Positions 12,377 through 25,919 of a stretch of 64,000 bases of DNA are shown here, in pieces. Source of the DNA: Eledone cirrhosa (Eukaryota); assembly GCA_964016885.1 (NCBI GenBank), contig OZ024747.1, positions 12,586,001 through 12,650,000 of the forward strand. Reading direction: 5' to 3'. Under the pieces are notes generated by a model. It was not told the origin of the DNA. It ran no database searches and saw nothing but the letters and a program-made list of their open reading frames with translations. A program made the position numbers and the translations under genes. The stretch's first letter is position 1. Each line of letters opens with the position of its first letter.

Positions 12377-12862
12377 ATATACATATATCATCATCATCGT
12401 TTAATGGCCATCTTCCACGCTATCATGGGTTGGACGGTTTAGTCCCACTTGAGGCAAGATTGGTCAGGTGACCGTGTCTCGCTCGTATAGGACTGTATCT
12501 GGCAGGTTTTCTACAGCTGGATGCCCTTCCTAACACCAACCACATTTACAGTGTGGCCTGGGATCCTTTTTACCGTGTGTCCTACATGACCACTTTACAG
12601 TGTGTGCTGGGTGTTTTTTGCCGTGATACCTACACAACCACTTTAGTGTGGACTGGAATTTTAAATCGCTGTGATTCACAGAGGAGATGACAAACATATG
12701 TGGAGAGATGCTGTGCTGAAAAGGACCCATCCAACCCATGCAAGTGTGAAAAATCGGAAGTAAAAACAATGATGATAATATATGGGGTGGTTTATTTGTT
12801 TAGGTTAATTAATTTTATTAGTTCTTTCTTTAGACATCTGATGGTATAAAGTCAATACAGTG

Positions 12863-12960
12863 TTTAAAACAGGTATAGGCAATTTTCAAGGCAAGTTTAA
12901 AACAGGTATAGGCAATTTTCAAGGCAAGTTTAAAACAGGTATAGGCAATTTTCAAGGCAA
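12863..12960. repeat. 33-bp tandem repeat x3
   Basis: gtttaaaacaggtataggcaattttcaaggcaa repeated. Confidence 0.92.
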
Positions 12961-13039
12961 TTTTGAAATTAGGCGGACCATTGAGAAAGCCACAATGGGC
13001 TGCATGTGGCTCACAGTCTGCAGTTTTCCCACGACTAGT

Positions 13040-13451
13040 TTAATCCTTTACCATTTACAATACTCTATATTTAGTAAAGGCTTTATCACACATTATTTCA
13101 TATAATATCGAATTCATGAGATTTTGATGTTTTATTTTGAGAACAATACCTTAGCATCAGTATGAGCGGCTGGTTTGAACAGAAAAAGGTGAGAGAATTC
13201 TGGCCGGATACAGCCGGTTTAAATACTAAAGAGTTAATCCTTTAGCATTTACATTACTCTATACTTACTATTGCATTTTTGTGGTAAAGACTTTATCTTA
13301 CATAATTATTTCACATGATATCGAATCTATAATATTTCGATGTTATTTATTTTGAGAACAATACCTTAACGTCAGTATGAGCAGTCAGTTTGAACAGAGG
13401 GTGGTGAGAGAATTCTGGCCAGATACAGCCGGTTTAAATGCTAAAGGGTTA
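13040..13451. mobile_element. Two tandem MITE copies sharing one TTAA (opposite orientation to 20769)
   Basis: Junction ...aaagagTTAAtcctttagc at 13234-13237. Confidence 0.83.
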
Positions 13452-15071
13452 TTTTTGCAGTCAGACACAGCTCTTCTATATGGCCATGTGGGCTTGTGTA
13501 TATGTATGCTTTTGTCCATATTTTTTTATTTTTACTAGTGAACATTTGTATTTATCTTTGTAATGTAATGTTATATGTGTTTAAAAGATTGTATTTTTTA
13601 TTAGCGTGAAATATGTATTTACACCCATGCATGTAAACTCTGACATTAAATGATGATTGTGTATATGCATTTCAATATGGGTAAACAGGATTACAATGCT
13701 GTTTACTTTATACATCTTATTGACCTTAAAAATACTTTTCACACATCAAATAGACTTTACATGCTTTTAACACAAAGTAAGTTACATAGAGTGCATTATA
13801 TATGACCATATTTTGCATATGCTGTTACTATATATAGCATGTGAAGTGGTATAATTATATTGTATGATTAAAAATTATTCTGTTGGGAAGTTAACACTGA
13901 TTCTTTACACTTTGAAAATTGCTACCAGATAAAATTTGTAGGATCCTGAATTGTTTTAATGGATCGGTATCTCTGCTTCTTGCCAATATCTGCCTCTTTA
14001 AATCTAACGCCAAAATACATTACATAATTAACCACAGTAACATACCATTTGTATTTGTATATTTGCATATATCTTTGTCTGTAACTCTTTAAAATTCACA
14101 TCTACTCATGCACACTCACAATGCATTTCCTATCAGTCATGTTGCTACAATAAGAAATTTGCTTTCCAATCATAAGATCCTGCATTCTAACCCTACATTT
14201 GTCTCTGTAGCTAGTTGTTTCTACAAAGTTACACATACATTGTCATTTGTACACATATGCTGAACATGGTTTGGATTCCTTTTCTACCACCAACTACTTT
14301 ATAGAGTGTATTGGGCATATTTTATTATGACACCAGCACTGGGTGTGGTTTTGTGTGTCCTTGACACAACAATCATCCCACTCATTTTGTTTGGTGTGGT
14401 TTCTATAGCTGCATGTCCTTCCTAATACCAACCACTTTATTGAATATACTCGGTGCATTTTATTATTAACCCTTTCATTATCATATCTCTAGTGAAAGAC
14501 ACTATGATTTGCAATAAATTTTGAAAATAATGAAGAATTATAGGGACTTAGTGACATACCTGTCTTTGTTGTTATTAAGCTGGTTGCTTGGAACATAACT
14601 TAACAAAGTTATGATGGGAACTTTAAATTTAAAACAAACATCTCTGTATCATAAAACCAGGGGCAGTTTCGGGTGGTTTGGTATGAAAGGGATTAAATCT
14701 TTTTAGGGCTAGACAACTATAGTCATCATTGATGAAATAGGTCAATTCTATCTTTCATCTATCCAGGGTCAGTTTAATTGTCTGAGTCAATTCAGTCAAC
14801 TAAACCACTCTCCCCTAAATATGTGGCCTTGTACCCAGGGTCAGATTAGGGCCAAACTGTTGATATAAACACAACCCAACAATAGTGTCTCCTCCTCCTC
14901 CTCCTCAACCCTTCCATTGTTTAACTCACTAAACATTCTAAACATAAATGTTGAATCTGAAATAATAGATTACAAATTCCATTTATTTTTTCCTGACTAT
15001 CCCCATGACTATATTAAATATAACCTACTTTTCTAAATTTATTTAACCCTAAATGAAAACAATGGAAATGA

Positions 15072-15265
15072 TTAACCCTTTAGCATTTACATTACTTAAT
15101 ATTTACTACTGTATTTTTGTGGTAAAGGCTTTATCTTGCATAATTATCTCACATAATATTGAATCTACGAGATTTTGATGTTATTTATTTTGAGAACAAT
15201 ACTTTAACGTCAGTAGGTGAGAGAATTCTGGCTGGATATGACTGGTTTAAATTCTAAAGGGTTAA
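15072..15265. mobile_element. MITE copy, opposite orientation
   Basis: TTAA-flanked TIRs with an internal deletion. Confidence 0.85.
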
Positions 15266-16843
15266 CAAGATCCCAGAGTGAGCTGGAACTCATCAAATTA
15301 GACCAAGTTGAGCACTATAATCTAGTTTTGATCCTCAATTGTATGTTGGACTCAGAAGTTAGTGGAAACAAACTAAATGCTTTCTGCAGTCAAAATTGGA
15401 CTGAGCCAGTTTTACATTTCATCTTTTTGGGGTTTTTTCTCTTCAGTAGCAAATTTGTAAGTAGGTGAGAGGAAGAGAAATGTTGTTTGAATAACACAGT
15501 ATACTGCTGGTATTTATTGTATTAAACCTTGAGAAATCTAACACAAGATTTGAACTCAATAGATATAGGAGTGAAATTATGTGACATAGAGCTTTTTAAT
15601 ATATTATATTCTTTATTTATGTATGGAACGATTGATCATATCTCCAGAATGTAGGAGGGATCAAAATTGTGACCTAATAATCTTCAGGTGCTTATAAACT
15701 CATTGACATAATTTATTCAATTAATCATATTGAACTTGAAATCATGAATACAGTGTTTGTATCACATTTTACGCAATATCAATCGACAGTCAATCGACTT
15801 TCGTCAAATTGGACCGAAGAAACAATGTTTTTGTTGGTCTTTCCAATTACTAATACTTTCTATCGGTCGCAACTCCAGATAGAAAGGGCAACGTCAAATA
15901 AAGTGTCTTGCTCAAGGACATAACGCATCACCTAGTCCAGGAATCAAACTCACAACCTCACAATTGCTAACCCAATTCTCTAACCACTCAGCCATGTGCC
16001 TTCACTAAATAATATCTTATATAATATATAATGTTGATAGTGGTAGTAGTGGTGAGAGTAGTAACATTGCCAACACCAGTAACCAACCAAACTTCTATAA
16101 TAATAAATGTCACCACCTTTCTATTTATCTTTATCTTTTATTCTCTCATTTACAGTTATTTTAAGTATTTCATAAACAAAACTAAATATATTCAACAGAT
16201 TCAAATTAAATAAAACCATTTCACTTCCATTCATTCATTCATGTGGCCTTGAAAAATAGAATTTTTAGCTCACACGAATGTAGCTTTAGTTGACCTCCTA
16301 CGAGGTTGCACCTCATTGGCTATTCAGGTGTTTTTAATGACAGAGGTCACTGTGGAACATAACAAAGGTTCATACATAAAATTATGATGGAAGATTTTTA
16401 GATAAATATAAACACTTTAAAACAAACAGTTTTGTATCATTGAAGCAGGGACAGGATTAACCTTTTCTAGGTTTTCTCATTTCTTTACTAAAGTGGTCGT
16501 GTAAGTGACACAACAAAAAACACCCAGTCCACTCTGTAAAGTGGTCATGTAGGAGACACAGTAAAAAGGCAAAAGGCTCCCAGTCCACACTAGAAAACCT
16601 GCCAGATACAATCCTATACGAGTGAGACATGGTCACCCGATCAATCTTGCCTCAAGTGGGACAATTCCCGTCTAACCCGTGCTAGTGTGGAAGATCAGAA
16701 ATTAAACGATGATGATTTACATATATTGTTTATGCAGTTGAAAATTTTATTACAAACCAAAGAAATATAAAAATGCTGTCAATTTGAACTGAACTATTTT
16801 CTTGTTTTTTTAATAGAATGTCTTTTCTCACTTTCTGTTTCAG

Positions 16844-16978
16844 ATTAGTACCAAAGATTATTAACGGTGCCATAGCTGGTATTGTTGGGGTTACATGTGT
16901 TTTCCCTATTGATCTGGTCAAGACTCGACTGCAAAACCAACAGCCTGGTCCAAACGGTCAGCTTTATTATAAGAATTT
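16844..16978 (+). CDS. SLC25A22: Mitochondrial glutamate carrier, first identified coding exon ([44 protein letters not shown])
   Basis: Flanked by ttcag and gtaagt. Carrier signature [10 protein letters not shown]; closely resembles human SLC25A22 [30 protein letters not shown]. It begins with the last base of a codon, so an upstream exon carrying the ATG is needed and was not found. Confidence 0.93.
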
Positions 16979-16999
16979 GTAAGTTTAGTTTTATCTTGT

Positions 17000-17175
17000 G
17001 TATCAGTAGAGGGTCGGACGCCATGCTTTCTAGCATAGAGTTACGTCCCTTTACGGACTGAGTTCAAATCCCTCCAAGGTTAACTTTGCCTTTCATCCTT
17101 ACGGGGTCGATAAAATAAAATACCAGTAATGTACTGGGATAATTGCTGTCCTTGTGCCAAAAGTAGAAACAATTA
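17000..17175 (+). mobile_element. SINE family B just downstream of the exon donor
   Basis: Reverse complement of the 36572 copy. Confidence 0.82.
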
Positions 17176-17389
17176 TAATGTGTACAATTGTATTTAAAGT
17201 ATACATAACGAGATACAGGTAGAGGTAGCCATACAAATATATAGTCACACACACACACACACTTGTACTGTAGTGCACATGTGTATGTAACTGCACATTT
17301 GCATCTGTAGATATGACGATATATAGTCTGATAGACACATAGGTGCCTCGATAATGTGCATATAAATATATATATATGTGTGTATATCA

Positions 17390-17720
17390 TCATTTCATTT
17401 TACGTCCACTTTTCCCTGCTTGCAAGGGTGGGACGGGAACTGATTTTGGCTTGATTTCTACAGCTGGATGCCCTTCCTAACACCAACCTCATTTACAGTG
17501 AGTGCTGGGTGCTTTTTTGCCATGGCACCTCCATGACCACTTTGCAGTGGAATGATAGGGACCCCAGTCCCTATCATCTCATTTTTACAGCTGAGTAAAC
17601 TGGAGCAATGTGAAATAAAGTGTCTTGCTCAAGGAAACAACACATCACCCGGTCTGAGAATTGAACTCACAACCTTTCGATTGCAAGGCCAATGCTCTAA
17701 CCACTAAGCCATGTGCCTCC
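17390..17720 (-). mobile_element. tRNA-derived SINE family A with RTE-like tail (reference copy)
   Basis: Minus strand has ggaggcacatggcttagtggttagagc (A box), gagttcaattc (B box), CORE-like ccttgagcaagacacttt, and tail ggacgtaaaatga. Confidence 0.85.
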
Positions 17721-17737
17721 ATATGTGTGTGTGTATG

Positions 17738-17780
<43 letters not shown>

Positions 17781-18666
17781 TTGGCGTTAGGAAGGGCATC
17801 CAGCCAGAGAAAACCATCCAGGAACACCCTATATGAGCGAGACATGGTCACTCGACACAACTTGCCTCAAAATAGGACCTGTCTAACCCATGCTAGCGTG
17901 GAAGATGGATGTTAATTGATGATAATGATATATATATGGAGAAGGTTATAGTTCACTTGAAGCATTGTGTAATGAGGTATAAACGTTTGTATATGTATAA
18001 TAAAGCCAAAACAATGCAGGTATGGACATAGAATAAAGAATGCAAATGCAAAAGATATTGTTGACAATTAGTCTTTTACCTTAGATTTATTTATATATAT
18101 ATAATAAAGAGGGTGTGGTAAGATACTAGGTGGACCATAATACACTGTCAAAACGGCCGGAGCTCAGCCGTCGGGGTCCTGAATCTTTTCACATATATGT
18201 ATATATATATATATATATATATTTATTAATAGATTAAAGTTTAAGCAAAGAATCGCTGCTTTCACCCTTAACGGGATCTTCTGAAACTCACAAAGTCAAT
18301 CTGTAAACGCAGAAGTGGATATTTCAAAAAACGTTGCAACCGGAGGAAGACAGGAAGACGATACTTTGGTTCGTGGAAACGTTCCCTGGCAAAGAACGGG
18401 AAAAAACGAATAATACGTCATTAATAGGAGCGGTAAAAAACAATTACACGCAAAGACAGGACCACGTTTATGGTATAAAAGAAGTCGTAGACTAATGTTT
18501 TCTTAGGTGGTTCATAGAGACGTTCTCTGGCAATGAACGGAAAAAACGAAGATAATACGTCATATGTGGAGCATGGAGAACAATTGCACGCAAAGACAAA
18601 ACCGCGTAAATGGTATAGCTGAAGTCGTAGACTAAAATTCTAACTAGGAAACCGAATGATTCTCCG

Positions 18667-18890
18667 GCAAGACACTTTATTTCACATTGCTCCAGTTTAC
18701 TCAACTGTAGAAATGAGATGATAGGGACTGGGGTCTCTATCATTCCACGGCAAAAAAGCACCCAGCACTCACTGTAAATGAGGTTGGTGTTAGGAAGGGC
18801 ATCCAGCTGTAGAAATCAAGCCAGAATCACTTCCCGTCCCGCCCTTGCAAGCAGGGAAAAGCGGACGTAAAATGAAATGAAAAATGATGT
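18667..18890 (+). mobile_element. 5'-truncated SINE family A
   Basis: Reverse complement of the 17390 copy, lacking the head. Confidence 0.8.
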
Positions 18891-19089
18891 ATTTGAAGGT
18901 ATGGCTATGTGTGTGTCACTTGATATGTTTACCCTCAGTAGTACTCTCACTACAGCAAACTCTAAATCTACCTTCAAACCCCCACCCCACCAGCCACTTG
19001 ACAATATTCTAATCATTGATTATTTTCAAAATTATTTGAAAAATCATAGGCAGTGTTTTTCAATAGAAATAAGGTTTTACATGAAAGGG

Positions 19090-19303
19090 TTAACCCTTTA
19101 GCAGTTAAACCGGCCATATCTGGCCAGAATTCTGTCACCTCTTTCTGTTCAAACCGGCCTTAACTGCTCATACTGACATCAAGGTATTGTTATCAAAATA
19201 AATAATATTAAAATCTTGTAGATTCAATATTATGTGAGATAAAGCCTTTATTACAAAAATACAATAGTATATATATAGAGTAATGTAAATGCTAAAGGGT
19301 TAA
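19090..19303. mobile_element. MITE copy
   Basis: TTAA-flanked TIRs; shares its left TTAA with the end (atgaaaggg) of a second MITE family. Confidence 0.85.
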
Positions 19304-19539
19304 TATAGAATTATAATATTGGGACAGAATTATTTCTTTCTTTCCTTTTGTTTGTTTGTTTTGATGATATGAATTGAAGATATATTGGGACAAGGTCTTT
19401 GTGCTGTAGCTATACATTATCACAGCATTGATAAGACTAATATATTTGTGTCAAGTACTTATCACGTCAAAAATGTGTTCCCATTATTACGCTAGTTTTC
19501 CACTTTATGACTACTTATGAAATCAACCAAACTGATTAT

Positions 19540-19830
19540 ACGTAATCTCGATGGCAGTTTAAACCTTTTCGCACTATATTTCTTACATGCTCAGAGTTGC
19601 TGAAGCATGGAACAAACTACCTGCATTAGTTATTAGCTGTCGAGACAGCTTTAAAACCTCCATGCTTTCTGAGATTCGCCAAATATTCCCCCTCCATACA
19701 CACGCACACATGTATATCATGACTCATACACTATTCACTTCCCTGACATTTGTATATTATTCTATGTACTATACATGCACCTTTGACGAGTTGTAGTGCA
19801 CCTGAGCACTGTACACAATAATTTCATTAT
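19540..19830 (+). mobile_element. CR1/L2-like LINE 3' end remnant
   Basis: ORF 19587 begins RVAEAWNKLPALVISC, resembling the CR1-group C-terminal motif; ends in a (TTA)-like tail. Confidence 0.55.
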
Positions 19831-20100
19831 TATATTATTATAAAAAAACACTAAGGGTTTCAATTATTTTTTTTATATTCCAGCATTCAGGAGGATTTAA
19901 TAAAATAATTTTCTCAATTAAAATGGTATTTGGAATAATTTTGTTTCTACTTTAGACACAACGCCAGCAATTTGAAGGGGAGGGAAAGTCAATTAAATTG
20001 ACCCAAGTGTATTACTGGTATTTTATTTTATCTACTCTGTAAGGACGAAAGGCAAAGCTAATCTCGACAGCATTTGAACTCAGAATATAAAAGCCTTTAA

Positions 20101-20248
20101 ATCCCTGGTTCTAAACTTGTTTTAATAATCTAGCATTAGGGCAGTAGTTTGGTAGTATCAGTATAGCGCCGGACACCCGGCGCTATACTGATACTACCAA
20201 ACTACTGCCCTAATGCTAGATTATTAAAACAAGTTTAGAACCAGGGAT
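20101..20248. repeat. Perfect 72-bp inverted repeat with a 4-nt loop
   Basis: 20101-20172 is the exact reverse complement of 20177-20248. Confidence 0.95.
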
Positions 20249-20501
20249 AGTTTGGTTTCACAAGGATTAATTATTAGCTTAGAGATATATATTCAGGTAT
20301 ATAATAAGGTGTAATAGTTTGTTTGAAACCTTTTCTCCTTTGACTAAAGCATAAAAAATTACCAATCATTCAATCGATTTACCAACGACTTTAACCAACT
20401 ACATTTTTATCTTCTAATAAACTGAGTAAACATCACTCCATTTATCAGATTTAATGTTAAAGATATCCTGCTTTATGTCTACTTCTTATCTTTCTTATCA
20501 G

Positions 20502-20557
20502 ATTTGACTGTGCTGTAAAAACATTTCGTAATGAAGGTTTCTTTGGAATGTACCGAG
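20502..20557 (+). CDS. SLC25A22: Glutamate carrier exon (FDCAVKTFRNEGFFGMYRG)
   Basis: atcag/gtaagt boundaries; 56 nt; phase matches both neighbours; EG-x-x-G-x-YRG carrier motif. Confidence 0.93.
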
Positions 20558-20768
20558 GTAAGTTTAGTTTACAAAAAGCAGACAGAATTTTTTAGTCATA
20601 TTCCAAATAACATAAAGGAAATGACACCTAACCAACTAACGTCTATAAACCTGTATTAAATAAACTCTATTCAAAATTTCTTCTATATTATCTTGTGGCC
20701 TCTCTTCTATCTCTCTTTTTTTTTTTTTAAATCAACATTTTTTATCCAATGATACCTCCACAGCGGGC

Positions 20769-20995
20769 TTAACCCTTTAGCATTTAAACCGGCCGTATCC
20801 GGCCAGAATTCTCTCATCTCTTTCTGTTCAAACTAGCTGTAACTGGCCACTCATACTGATGTTAAGGTATTGTTTTCAAAACAAATAATATTAAAATCTC
20901 ATAGAGTTGATATTATGTGAGATAATTATGAGGTAAAGCCTTTACCACGAAAATATAATGGTATATATAGAGTAATGTAAATGCTAAAGGGTTAA
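20769..20995. mobile_element. piggyBac-type MITE (reference copy)
   Basis: TTAA|CCCTTTAGCATTTA ... TAAATGCTAAAGGG|TTAA terminal inverted repeats; non-coding; about 225 bp. Confidence 0.88.
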
Positions 20996-21660
20996 ATTGA
21001 TCTAAGGTGATCTCTAACTTTAAACTAGCTTACTGCTGTTCTTTATTATTTAGCCCAGAAAGGAAGTGGTAGTGCCCATAGCTTTTGCAGTTGATATTCA
21101 GCTTGATCTCTGTAGAGTTGATGTCTATAGAGAGAAAAGATGTTCAAGGAAAAAATTCTAATTTTGTGGAGGAATCATTATGCAACATTTAGTATTTGTG
21201 TTTGTTGGCTGAGACACAAGATGAGGGATTGGCCTAGATTGGGGTGGTATTCAACTGGATAAGACACATGTAGGGGTAGGGGTGGTATGCAACTAAATAA
21301 GACACAATAAGACATAACATATGGGGGTAGGGGGTGGTATACAACTAAATAAGACACAATAAGACATAACATGTAGGGGTAGGGGTTGGCTTAGATAGGG
21401 GTGGTATACAATTGAACAAGACACAACAGGTAGGGGAGAGGTTGGCTTAGATAGGGGTGGTGTTCAACTTGCTGAGACAAGAGAGGTTGGTTTAGATAGG
21501 GGTGGTGTACAACTTGTTTCTAAGGAATAGGAAGCATTGTTTAGTGGAATAGAAGAGACAGAATGATAAGTATCTGTTGGTGGGTACCAGACAAACGACC
21601 TATTTATTTTATCTTTTTTATCTTTTTTTTTTTGTGGCTTATAATGTTTGTGACCATCCT

Positions 21661-21874
21661 TTACCCATTAGCATTTAAACCAGCTGTATCCGGCCAGAAT
21701 TCTCTCATCTCTTTCTGTTCAAACTGGCCATAACTGGCTGCTTATACTTATGTTAAGGTATTGTTCTCAAAATAAATAAGATCAAAATCTTGTAGCTTCG
21801 TTACCATGTGAGATAAAGCCTTACTCTATATTTACTATTATATTTTCACAGTAATGTAAATGCTGAAGAGTTAA
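21661..21874. mobile_element. MITE copy
   Basis: Same family with slightly eroded TIRs. Confidence 0.82.
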
Positions 21875-22672
21875 CCAATAACTTTATTAATTATTGCTTG
21901 ACAGAAAGTTAAAAGCCAATGCTGGTTTTCATAAAATCACTGCAGCAATTGGCCATCTTGATTTTCTATCTGAGGGTCATGATTCTTGGTGGAAGAGAGA
22001 GAGAGATGAAGGTGCCCACACACACATTTTTTATCTGGTGTAATCTTGCAACTCTCATCAATATCTCATAATATAGAACAGCTGTACTGACAACAGCTAT
22101 GTTGTTTCTGTTGCTGTTATTGTTGTTATCAGTTGTAGTTGGCTGAGCTATTCAAATACTCATTGCTGGTAATTCACAGATTGTCTTTATTAAATATGAT
22201 CAATTTCTCTTAATAAGTGATCTGCTAATTCTGGTGAAATAAATAAATTGGGTTTAATTTGACTGGATTTGAACCCAGAATTATGAACTACCTAACAGTT
22301 TATTATATTGATGAATCATTGTCTTTGTATTAAGTTCAACTTTGATTTAGGTTAAGACACTGCCTATGAAATTCCAAATAATAAAAAAAATACAGTGATT
22401 TAGTAATATAACCAACTATTATTTAGCTGGTGTTTGGAACATGACTTAAAGTTTCTAACATAAAATTATATAGTTTTATATCATGGAACCGTGGGGGGGT
22501 AGGCAGTTTGGTATCAAAAGGGTTCAATTATGTAACTCCATTAACTCTTAACATCCGTAACACATGAAACCATATTAACAAAGCTTTCTTGTTACAGTCT
22601 TTAGTTTACTGCAAATTTTCACAAAGACCTGTTTTACTATCTTCTACTAAAGATAACTACAAATTTTTGTAT

Positions 22673-23004
22673 TAACTCTTTAGTATCGGGCCAGAATTCT
22701 TTCACCTCTTTCTATTCAAACCAGCCATAACCGGCTACTCATATTTAGGTTAAGCTATTGTTCTCAAAATAAATATCAAATATTAAAATTGACGTCATTA
22801 ACCCTTTAGCATTTTAAACTGGCCATATCCGGCCAGAATTCTCTCACCTTTTTCTATTTAAACCGGTTGTACCTGGCTGCTCATACTGATGTTAAGATAT
22901 TGTTCTCAAAATAAAATCTCATAGATTCGATATTATGTAAGATAAAGCCTTTACCACAAAAAATACAATAGCATATAAAGAGTAATGTAAATGCTAAAGG
23001 GTTA
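22673..23004. mobile_element. Partial plus full MITE copies
   Basis: Partial copy 22673-22780 and full copy 22798-23004. Confidence 0.82.
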
Positions 23005-23005
23005 G

Positions 23006-23114
23006 TGCTCAATACTAATTAACATCATTAATGCTCAATATTAATTAACGTCATTAATGCTCAATATTAATTAACGTCATTAATGCTCAATATTAATTAG
23101 CGTCATTAATGCTC
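23006..23114. repeat. ~26-bp tandem repeat x4 next to the splice acceptor
   Basis: tgctcaatattaattaacgtcattaa units. Confidence 0.85.
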
Positions 23115-23139
23115 TGTTTGTTTATTGTTTTGGAAATAG

Positions 23140-23230
23140 GTTCTGGAGTTAATCTACTTTTAATTACACCAGAGAAAGCCATTAAACTTGTTGGGAATGA
23201 TTTCTTCCGATATGTTCTCAAAACTGAGGG
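23140..23230 (+). CDS. SLC25A22: Glutamate carrier exon ([30 protein letters not shown])
   Basis: aatag/gtaaga boundaries; TPEKAIKL motif typical of glutamate and aspartate-glutamate carriers. Confidence 0.93.
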
Positions 23231-23284
23231 GTAAGATTTTGAAGCTGTCTTTTTCTGTTAACTTTATTCCTTTCCTCACTCTTT

Positions 23285-23338
<54 letters not shown>

Positions 23339-23875
23339 CCACCTCCCTCCCACCTCCCTCCCACCTCTCTCTCAGGTTGATAAGGATGATGGTATAGTTC
23401 ATGCAGAGCTGGACTGGATATTTTAAGATACATGCATGGTCCCGTAACTCCTGAGGAAGTCGTAGGGGCACCGTATCTATCTATCTATCTATCTTTCTAT
23501 CCTAGTTTGACAAGGATGATATAGTTCATAGAATTGGAGGACTGGATATTATGAGATATATGTATAGTCCAGTAACTTCCGAGGAAGTCGTAAGGGCACC
23601 GTATTGACATACAGCATATCTGGGGCTTTTTAAACCTGGTGGAGCCCAGCCCATCTCCAGGACTGAATACAGTAGATTTCTTCCAGAGAGAGAGTGAGAG
23701 AAAGGAAGTGAGAAAGAGATATAGAGGAGGAATCGACCCCAGTACTTGACTGGTACTTTTTTTATTGACCTTGAATGGATGAAAGACAAAGTTGACCTTG
23801 ATGGGATTTTAACTCAGAGAGAGCTGAAACAAATACCGCAAAGCATTCCATCCGACACATATATATATAAACATA

Positions 23876-24792
23876 TCATCATCACCGTTTTACATCAGTT
23901 CTTCCACGCTAGCATGGGTTAGACAGGTTGTCCTGTTGTGGGCAGTGTCCGGTCGGCTGACCATGTCTTGCTCATACAGGAACTGATTCTGGCTTGACTT
24001 CTACAGCTGGATGCCCTTCCTAACACCAACCTCATTCACAGTGAGTGCTGGGTGCCTTTTTTTATGTGGCGCCTACACGTCCACTTTACAGTGTGGTGGG
24101 CTGGGTGCTTTTTTTGCCGTGGCTCCTCCACGACCACTTTGCATTGGGGGAGGGGGCGGGGCATATTATCTATATATATATATATATCATCATCAGCGTT
24201 TAACGTTTATCTTCCACGCTTGCATGGGTTTAGACGGGAATTGTCCCACTTGAGGCAAGATTGGTTGTCGCTCGTACAGCAGGTTTTCTACGGCTGGATG
24301 CCCTTCTTAACACCAACCACGTTTACAGTGTGGACTGGGAGGTTTTTACCGTGTTACCTACACGGCCACATTACAGCGTGGACAGTGTTTTTTTGCCGTG
24401 ACACCTACACGATCTCATTTATTTAGGACTGGATGTTGTGGTACCAACATATCATCATTTCATCATCATTTCATTTTACGTCTGCTTTTCCCTGCTTGCA
24501 AGGGTGGGACGGGAACTGATTCTGGCTTGATTTCTACAGCTGGATGCCCTTCCTATCACCAACCTCATTTACAGTGAGTGCTGGGTGCTTTTTTGCCGTG
24601 GCACCTCCACGACCACTTTGCAGTGGAATGGGACTGGGGTCCCTATCATCTCATTTCTACAGCTGAGGAAACTGGAGCAATGTGAAATAAAGTGTCTTGC
24701 TCAAGGAAACAACACATCACCCGGTCTGAGAATTGAACTCACAACCTTTCGATTGCAAGGCCAATGCTCTAACCACTGAGCCATGTGCCTCC
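23876..24792 (-). mobile_element. Cluster of three RTE-tail / SINE family A elements
   Basis: Three successive gctggatgcccttc...accaacc units, each starting from (CAT)n; the last has a full tRNA head. Confidence 0.8.
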
Positions 24793-25800
24793 ATATATAT
24801 ATATATAGGTGTCGGATAGAATTTGTTGTCTCCTTGAACTATATACACACACAAATAATATATTCAGTACAAAATTAGCAAATAAAAATAAATTGAATAG
24901 ATTTAACAGACTGAAACTTACCAAAATGAAATAATTTACTCATTCTAATTTATTGATAAACATTTCTCTAAATGTAATATGTAATTCTCACTCTCTCTCT
25001 CTCTCTTTCTGTCTCTCAATCTCACTCACTCTCACCTCTTCTCTCACTCACTTCCTCCCTCTCCCCCTATCAGAGGTACACCCTGTTACCTAAAACTAAA
25101 TAGTACCATGACTTGACCTAACCTTATTAAATCTACTCAACATTTCACCATATGTTCAATACTTTACATTCCTTTAACAGACAGTTTAACAGTATAAATG
25201 CTATCTGTTTTTTGTTTTTTTTTTTGTTTGTTTGTTTTTTTTGTTGTTGTTTTTTTTTTCTTTTTTCAGGTAGAGGTCAACAACTTCTACCGAAGTTACT
25301 TCCTTGCTTCATATTTAAGGCTGACAACATATCATTCCCTCTTAATACTAAGTCAAATATTTTCATAGGAAAACCAAATTCTCAAATGCTTTCTATTGAC
25401 ATTGTATAATATATAGAGAAACTTTTCATTGGAAAAGACCGCATCAGTTAAAATATGATGTGATGTTACATTACATAATTGTTTCTACTTTTAGCACAAG
25501 GCCAGCAATTATCCCAGTGTATTACTGGTACTTTATTTTATCGACCCCCGTAGATTCTCTAAAAAACTAGAGCAGCTTCAAGGTAGATACATCAAGGTTC
25601 AAGAGAATTTTAACACTGTACTGTACTTCTAACATTATACTGTTAAAAATAAAACATGTTTTATGATAATTGACCCATAATTAATAAAGTTACTAACCAT
25701 TTTAAATAGGGAGTTTCTTTCCACCTACCCTGTACATGTATTACACATGGTACTTGAAACAGCTTTGAATTATTTATGTGAAATGTTGTACATTTTTCAG

Positions 25801-25919
25801 TACCAGACTGCCTTTCCATAGAGAATTATTGGCTGGTGGAGGTGCAGGGTTGTGTCAGATTATTGTCACTACACCTATGGAACTGCTTAAGATCCAGCTT
25901 CAAGATGCTGGAAGAAGTG
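25801..25919 (+). CDS. SLC25A22: Glutamate carrier exon ([39 protein letters not shown])
   Basis: ttcag/gtatgt boundaries; second carrier signature [10 protein letters not shown]. Confidence 0.93.

Noticed and set aside
1-16843. First (ATG-containing) exon of the carrier
   Set aside because: It is expected to be only a few codons long; no candidate could be singled out, and it may lie upstream of the window.
17645-17720. tRNA gene on the minus strand
   Set aside because: A and B boxes are present but there is no acceptor stem; it continues into a SINE body and recurs as a dispersed repeat.
23160-23471. ORFs with (RE)n / (SL)n runs
   Set aside because: Derived from a (CT)n microsatellite.
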